Program-made: the position numbers and the translations under genes
Shown: piece by piece, positions 33,797 to 39,441 of the stretch
How positions within the stretch are numbered: position 1 is the first letter of the stretch
Layout: every line of letters begins with the position of its first letter
The notes under the pieces: generated by a model
Database searches by the model: none
What the model saw: the letters and a program-made list of their open reading frames with translations, nothing else
Told to the model about the DNA's origin: nothing
Assembly (NCBI GenBank): GCA_047618055.1
Contig: JBLHIW010000001.1
Location: 1 to 39,441, forward strand
Reading direction: 5' to 3'
Length of the DNA stretch: 39,441 nt
Source: Paraglaciecola sp.
Lineage (GTDB): Bacteria; Pseudomonadota; Gammaproteobacteria; Enterobacterales; Alteromonadaceae

Positions 33797-34454
33797 GTTG
33801 ACAGAGCAATATAAAAAGTATAATCGTCAGTTTCTTGGCATTAGTATGCGTGAGCAGGTCCTATTTCTATTGTGTGGTATTGCCGTAGTCATCGGTCTTA
33901 TGTATTCGTTACTGCTTGAGTCGATTATGTTAGAAAATGATAAAATTGAGCGTACGCTTCAGGTGTTTGAAAGTGACATTCAAAACTCGGATCTTACCTT
34001 GGCCAGTATAATAAAAGATTTAGAAAACGATCCTAATAAGGCACTCCGTCAACGTGAGCAGGTATTGGATGGGAAAATCGATGCCTTAGATGCTCAACTA
34101 CAAGAGCAAATGGTTAATTTAGTGCCCGCGAATAAAATGCCCCTGTTACTGGAAACGCTATTGTCCAGTACCAAGGGATTGAAGGTAGTGGAAATGCGGT
34201 CTATACCACCGACTGTGATGCTGCAAAGCGAAGTAAAAAAATTCGATGTCGGGCTCAAGCTATTTCGTCATGGGATCAGCTTAACCCTGGAAGGAAAATA
34301 TTTCGATATTCAACGCTTTCTGCAAAAAATAGAATCTTTGCAGTGGCAATTTTACTGGAATAAATTCGATTACACCGTAAATAAATACCCCATGGCTAAA
34401 GTTCAGTTAGAGCTTTATACCCTAAGTACCAATAAAGCATTCATAGGCGTCTAG
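33786..34454 (+). CDS. mshJ: MSHA biogenesis protein MshJ (PilO/GspM-like)
   Basis: S.RE then TM, LVPA..M, LFRHG...LEG.YF, FYW..F.Y.V..YP, YTLS. Start placed at ATG 33786. Confidence 0.88.
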   Translation: MSAKLTEQYKKYNRQFLGISMREQVLFLLCGIAVVIGLMYSLLLESIMLENDKIERTLQVFESDIQNSDLTLASIIKDLENDPNKALRQREQVLDGKIDALDAQLQEQMVNLVPANKMPLLLETLLSSTKGLKVVEMRSIPPTVMLQSEVKKFDVGLKLFRHGISLTLEGKYFDIQRFLQKIESLQWQFYWNKFDYTVNKYPMAKVQLELYTLSTNKAFIGV

Positions 34455-34805
34455 ATGATAAAATTGTTGCCCATATTACTGCTTATGTTGTGCACCCGTG
34501 CCGCAGCAGAGCAAGGGCTTGTTGACCCAACACGGCCTTACATCAGTAAACATGCTACCGTTATGCAAAAGGAAGGACCAAATGTTGCAGGTGACTCACG
34601 GCTGAAGGTGACGGCGATATTTATTAGTCAACAACATAGGCGCGCTATTATCAACGGCAAAAATTATTATGAAGGGCAGACGGTGTTTGGTAATAAGATA
34701 TTATCCATTGAACAAAATCGCGTCGTATTGGGCGATGCCGATGGTAGCCAAGAGCTATTGATGAATAAAAACAACATTAAGAAAGATATAACCAATGGTT
34801 TTTAG
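34455..34805 (+). CDS. mshK: MSHA biogenesis protein MshK
   Basis: Signal peptide, DPTRP, AIING; between mshJ and mshL. Confidence 0.85.
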   Translation: MIKLLPILLLMLCTRAAAEQGLVDPTRPYISKHATVMQKEGPNVAGDSRLKVTAIFISQQHRRAIINGKNYYEGQTVFGNKILSIEQNRVVLGDADGSQELLMNKNNIKKDITNGF

Positions 34806-36468
34806 AAAAGTAATACTGGCCTGTTTGACCCTAACAATTATTGCCTGTCAAACCCATAAAGCCCCCAACAGACTGGCCGCATCATTAGACTCTGCGATTG
34901 CCGAGTATCAGCGGGAACCCCTTAGGGATGAATTACTTACCTTACCCGACGAGGTCACTCAGGCCTTGCTGCCCGAGACGAAAGACCATAATTCATCTCT
35001 CTTTGGTGAAAACAAATACGACATTAATGCCCAGCAAGTTGACGCCCTGAGTTTTTTCTCAGGGATCGTCCAGGACACCCCTTTTAGTGTGGCGATTCAT
35101 CCGGAGGTGAGCGGTGTCATATCATTGAATCTCAAACAGGTCGATTTAAATCAGGTGTTTGAGTTGGTTGGCGAGCTCTATGGTTACGATATCCAAAGAA
35201 AGCACAATATCTACCGGATTTATCCCGCTGGTATGCGTACTGAGACGTTTTCGGTTAATTACCTCCTTATGCAGCGAGATGGTTCAACCCAAACCAGTAT
35301 CACGTCGGGTGGCGTGTCTCAAGCGGCTGGTAGCGGCGGCAGTGGCGGCAGTGGCGGTAATAGCGGCCAATCACAAAACAACTTCGGCGGCAACTCCGGC
35401 AACAATCAAGGCAACACTGGCGGGAGTAGCTCCGGTGGCAATAACAATGTCAACGGTACGAATATTTCAACCAGTACTAATACGGACTTTTGGGCAGACC
35501 TACTCACTACCTTAAAATCCATGGTCGGTAATCAGGATGGGCGCAATGTAATGGTCACCCCCCAGGCAGGTCTGGTGACGGTCAAAGCCATGCCCAGCGA
35601 AATCCGCGAGGTTAAAGCCTTCCTTAAAATATCGGAAGAAAATGTGCAGCGGCAGGTCATACTCGAGGCCCGCATCCTGGAAGTGGCACTGGATGACGAC
35701 TACCAGCAAGGCATTAACTGGACAGAAATATTAGCCAATAGTGGCACTACAGATTTTCAATTCTCTAGCACCGGCAGTGTCCTGGGCACTAGTATTGCCG
35801 GTGCACTGGGTGGTGTAAGTAGTTTGTCCTTTATCAACAAGGACTTTTCCGGTGTGCTGTCTTTGCTTTCTACTCAGGGTAATGTTCAAGTCTTATCCAG
35901 TCCCCGGGTCACCGCGACCAATAACCAAAAAGCGGTGATTAAGGTTGGTAATGATGAGTATTTTGTCACCGATGTGTCGAGTCAAAGCACGATATCGTCC
36001 AGTACTACGTCCGTTGTGCCGAATATTGAGCTCACGCCTTTTTTCTCTGGCATTGCCCTGGATGTTACGCCACAAATTGATCAAGATGGTGGAGTGATGT
36101 TACACGTTCATCCTTCAGTGATTGAAACCCAGGAGCAGGAAAAAGTAGTCACGCTAAATCAAGAGCAGTTTATCTTGCCGCTGGCGCAAAGCAATATTCG
36201 GGAATCAGATACGATCATTCGGGCTAATTCCGGTGAAATAGTAGTGATCGGTGGGTTGATGCAGTCAATCATCTCTGAGTCTGAGTCGCAAACCCCGATC
36301 TTAGGGGACATTCCTCTTTTCGGCAATCTGTTCAAAAGCCGTCGTGAAAAAGAGGTAAAAAAGGAATTAGTCATTCTGCTAAAAGCCACAGTGGTGGGGC
36401 CAGATACCTGGCGTCAGCAACTGATCCGTAGTCGTGATCAGATGGCTGATTGGCTATACGTGGAGTAG
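34795..36468 (+). CDS. mshL: MSHA pilus secretin MshL
   Basis: Lipobox IIAC; G/S/N-rich insert; RQVILEARILEV, VLSSPR, NNQKAVIKVG, PFFSGIALDVTPQI, P.LGDIP..G.LF. Confidence 0.95.
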   Translation: MVFRKVILACLTLTIIACQTHKAPNRLAASLDSAIAEYQREPLRDELLTLPDEVTQALLPETKDHNSSLFGENKYDINAQQVDALSFFSGIVQDTPFSVAIHPEVSGVISLNLKQVDLNQVFELVGELYGYDIQRKHNIYRIYPAGMRTETFSVNYLLMQRDGSTQTSITSGGVSQAAGSGGSGGSGGNSGQSQNNFGGNSGNNQGNTGGSSSGGNNNVNGTNISTSTNTDFWADLLTTLKSMVGNQDGRNVMVTPQAGLVTVKAMPSEIREVKAFLKISEENVQRQVILEARILEVALDDDYQQGINWTEILANSGTTDFQFSSTGSVLGTSIAGALGGVSSLSFINKDFSGVLSLLSTQGNVQVLSSPRVTATNNQKAVIKVGNDEYFVTDVSSQSTISSSTTSVVPNIELTPFFSGIALDVTPQIDQDGGVMLHVHPSVIETQEQEKVVTLNQEQFILPLAQSNIRESDTIIRANSGEIVVIGGLMQSIISESESQTPILGDIPLFGNLFKSRREKEVKKELVILLKATVVGPDTWRQQLIRSRDQMADWLYVE

Positions 36469-36471
36469 CCC

Positions 36472-37377
36472 ATGTACCGAGACCACTACGGAATAAGGGA
36501 ATTGCCCTTTAGCCTCACCCCCAACACCAATTACTTTTTTGGGCTACCGAGCCACAAAGAGGCTATCCAGGTACTGCTGACTGCCCTTAATTCCGGTGAA
36601 GGCTTTATTAAGGTCACGGGCGAAGTGGGAACCGGTAAAACGCTGATATGCAGAAAATTACTCAACGAATTGCCCGAGCCTTTTGTGGCTGCCTATATTC
36701 CTAATCCCTTCCTTTCCCCATCTGAATTAAGGCGTGCGGTGGCCAGTGAACTGAATGTCACTTTGACCGAGCATTCTGATCAACAAGAATTTACTCAGCG
36801 TATACAGCAATGTTTGATTGAGATTAATCAACAAAATAAACGGGTCGTGCTAATTATTGACGAAGCTCAGGCTTTGCCTGTAGAGAGTATTGAAGCCCTG
36901 CGTTTGATGACCAATCTGGAGACCGAAACCCGAAAATTATTGCAGGTTGTGCTATTTGGTCAGCCAGAGTTAGATCAAAAACTAGCCCTGCCTGAGCTGA
37001 GACAACTGAAGCAACGAGTGACCTTTTCTTACTCTTTGCGCCTGATGAATGGGGATCAAGTTTATCAGTATGCCGGCCACCGCATGGGTGTGGCGGGTTA
37101 TCGCGGGCCAGAAATATTTGATCGAAAATGTAGCAAACTACTGTTTAGGGGCAGTAAAGGTACGCCGCGCATAGTCAATATATTATGTCACAAAGCCCTT
37201 ATGCTGGCCTACGGTGAAGGTAAGCAGAAGGTGTCACCGACACATATTAAGCTTGCCGTCAACGATACTGAAGCGGCCACCAGTTCTGCTCTAACAGTAT
37301 CGATGGTGCTCAGCTTCCTGCTTTTTTTGGCACTGACCCTGGCAGCAAGCTACGCCTATACGGGATTAAAACTGTGA
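36472..37377 (+). CDS. mshM: MSHA biogenesis ExeA-family ATPase MshM
   Basis: PFSLTP, Walker A GEVGTGKT, Walker B IIDEAQ, LFGQPEL, GTPRIVN; C-terminal TM. Confidence 0.92.
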   Translation: MYRDHYGIRELPFSLTPNTNYFFGLPSHKEAIQVLLTALNSGEGFIKVTGEVGTGKTLICRKLLNELPEPFVAAYIPNPFLSPSELRRAVASELNVTLTEHSDQQEFTQRIQQCLIEINQQNKRVVLIIDEAQALPVESIEALRLMTNLETETRKLLQVVLFGQPELDQKLALPELRQLKQRVTFSYSLRLMNGDQVYQYAGHRMGVAGYRGPEIFDRKCSKLLFRGSKGTPRIVNILCHKALMLAYGEGKQKVSPTHIKLAVNDTEAATSSALTVSMVLSFLLFLALTLAASYAYTGLKL

Positions 37378-38450
37378 GTGTCGTCAATAAAATGCTCCGG
37401 GATCTGGAAGCCCGAAAGTCTGATTCCCCGCTAATCACGGCAGATTATCAGGCCCCACAAAAAAAATGGGGTTTATTTTGGCTACCAGTGATTATTGTTG
37501 CAGTGTTGCTGATGGCGGTTTGGTTATGGTTTAGCCAAGCCCGGGTAGAAACAACCGAGCCGAAAGATAAGATTCTGTCCTCAGCCATTCAGGCACAAGC
37601 GCCATTAGCCAGCAAAAAAGCCTTAGTCGCTAAACCCATGGAGAGCGGCACGGGCGTGACACCTGCAAACACAGTTCGACAGAGAAACCCTGTGCCACAA
37701 GCCACCAGGGATAATGGAGACAGGGTGAAAACGTCCCAGCCTGAGCAATTTTCTGGCTGGCTACAAACTAAACAAAAAGTATTAGCATCCCCGATTGAAA
37801 AAAGACCAAAGCTAAAAAACGCGCAGGACGGCGCGAGCCGACAAGCTGAGTTTACTATCAACGAGAGTAAGCTGGTAACCAAGTCTGCCAGTGCAAGACA
37901 GGAGATCCTTAATGCACTAAATGACGGGGATGGCACCCTTGCCATCGACCGTTTGCAACAATTATTGATACGTGAGCCGCAAAACATCCCAGGACGTAAA
38001 AAACTGGCCTCCCTGCTCTTTGCCCAGGGCCAAGATAAACAGGCAGCGAAAATATTACAGCAAGGCCTGGATAATCATCCTAGGCGCAGTGATTTAAGGC
38101 TGATGTTGGCCCGGTTGCATGTGCAACAACAACACGATGAGCAAGCCTTCAGCTTGCTGGAGGGCTTTGAGCCATCTGTGGAAACCCAAGGGGAGTATTG
38201 GGCTTACCGGGGGGCATTAGCTCAGCGACTCAGTAAGTATACCCTGGCAAAAAAGGACTATTTGCAGTTGACCCGGTCAGACCCCAGCAAGGCCAGTTGG
38301 TGGCTTGGCCTAGCCATTGCCCAGGATCGCCTAGGACATAAGCCCGAAGCACTGGAGGCTTATCGCAAAGCCAACGATAAAGACCAATTATCAGCCGCCG
38401 TGCTGACCTTTATGCGACGCCGCATGGCAGCCCTAGGAGCGACATTATGA
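37374..38450 (+). CDS. mshN: MSHA biogenesis TPR protein MshN
   Basis: MSVVNKMLRDL, TM helix, linker, TPR-like repeats, WWLGLAIAQD. Confidence 0.88.
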   Translation: MSVVNKMLRDLEARKSDSPLITADYQAPQKKWGLFWLPVIIVAVLLMAVWLWFSQARVETTEPKDKILSSAIQAQAPLASKKALVAKPMESGTGVTPANTVRQRNPVPQATRDNGDRVKTSQPEQFSGWLQTKQKVLASPIEKRPKLKNAQDGASRQAEFTINESKLVTKSASARQEILNALNDGDGTLAIDRLQQLLIREPQNIPGRKKLASLLFAQGQDKQAAKILQQGLDNHPRRSDLRLMLARLHVQQQHDEQAFSLLEGFEPSVETQGEYWAYRGALAQRLSKYTLAKKDYLQLTRSDPSKASWWLGLAIAQDRLGHKPEALEAYRKANDKDQLSAAVLTFMRRRMAALGATL

Positions 38451-39441
38451 GCCCTAAAATTAAGATCCGCCTCGGAGATCTACTTTTACAGAAAGGCATT
38501 ATCAGCGAACAGCAGTTAAGCCAAACACTGGCGGCGCAGAAAAAATCAGGCCGCAAATTGGGGGCGATATTAGTTGAGTTTGGTTTTGTTAGCGAACAGC
38601 AGTTGCTCAGCTTTCTGTCCCAGCATTTTAATGTCCCCCTAATCGATATTCCTCAATATAATGTTTCGCCAAAAACAGTGATTTTACTGCCTGAAGTACA
38701 GGCTCGTCGCTACCGTGCCCTGGTATTAGCCGACGAGGGGGATCACCTCCTGGTCGGTATGAGCGATCCCGGGGATCTTGCCGGAATAGACATACTGTCC
38801 CGTATGCTAGCAAAAATCATCAAAGTAGCGGTGGTCAGTGATAGCCAGCTGTATGAGGCCTTTGATACCTTCTATCGGCGCACTGACGATATTGCCTCCT
38901 TTGCCCATGAACTGGCTGAAGAGTACCAGGGTGACAGTGAATTCGATTTTGATACGGGGGTGGGCGACGAGCAAGGCACGGCGGTTGCCCGTCTGTTGCA
39001 GTCTATCTTTGAGGACGCCCTGCAAACCAAGGCCTCTGACATCCATATTGAACCGGACGAAAACCTGCTGCGCATACGTTTGCGGGTAGATGGAGTGTTG
39101 CAGGAAAATATCATCAAAGAAAAAAATATCGCCCAGGCACTGGTGCTGCGTTTAAAGCTAATGTCGGGTCTGGATATTTCCGAAAAACGCCTGCCTCAGG
39201 ATGGACGAACCCAGGTTCGCATAAAGGGTCATTCGATTGATGTACGACTATCTACTATGCCTATCCAAAATGGCGAATCTGTCGTCATGCGTTTACTCGA
39301 TCAAAATGCCGGAATTCTGAGTCTGGACAAAACCGGCATGCCGGGGCCATTACTGAAACGCTTTCGCACTCTACTCAAGCGTCCCCATGGCATGATATTG
39401 GTAACCGGGCCTACAGGTTCCGGTAAAACCACCACATTGTA
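38447..39441 (+). CDS. mshE: MSHA extension ATPase MshE (partial, runs off window)
   Basis: Not in the ORF track. From ATG 38447: MSPKIKIRLGDLLLQKGIISEQQLSQTLAAQKKSGRKLGAIL (MshEN motif), ASDIHIEP, RLPQDG, Walker A GPTGSGKTTTL at the window end. Confidence 0.95.
   Translation, partial: MSPKIKIRLGDLLLQKGIISEQQLSQTLAAQKKSGRKLGAILVEFGFVSEQQLLSFLSQHFNVPLIDIPQYNVSPKTVILLPEVQARRYRALVLADEGDHLLVGMSDPGDLAGIDILSRMLAKIIKVAVVSDSQLYEAFDTFYRRTDDIASFAHELAEEYQGDSEFDFDTGVGDEQGTAVARLLQSIFEDALQTKASDIHIEPDENLLRIRLRVDGVLQENIIKEKNIAQALVLRLKLMSGLDISEKRLPQDGRTQVRIKGHSIDVRLSTMPIQNGESVVMRLLDQNAGILSLDKTGMPGPLLKRFRTLLKRPHGMILVTGPTGSGKTTTL

Overview
Core chromosomal window from a marine gammaproteobacterium. Gene content and order suggest Alteromonadales, probably Alteromonadaceae (inference). 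Gene order: fxsA(partial), dsbD, M23 peptidase, upp, acpH, aroQ-accB-accC, prmA, a solo tRNA-Thr(UGU), purK-purE, an exported M20D amidohydrolase, rho, trxA, rhlB-gppA, a tightly coupled tatA-tatB-tatC-unknown secreted protein-tatD-7TM diguanylate cyclase-hemB run, a putative outer-membrane beta-barrel, ubiB-ubiJ-ubiE, a Tag-like protein, prlC, gorA, and the start of an MSHA pilus operon (mshI/I2/J/K/L/M/N/E). I found no integrase, transposase, CRISPR array or defence system, and nothing here is demonstrably a new system. Best leads: (1) the gorA-mshI spacer holds a degenerate ERIC element plus ordered sequence blocks resembling a decayed c-di-GMP-I (Vc2-like) riboswitch upstream of the MSHA operon; (2) the Tat operon carries an uncharacterised two-Cys secreted protein and a sensor diguanylate cyclase coupled to hemB; (3) an uncharacterised beta-barrel gene splits ubiB from tatA; (4) structured repeat remnants sit at several points where the familiar gene order breaks. 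All family and consensus comparisons were made by eye from memory; no searches were run.
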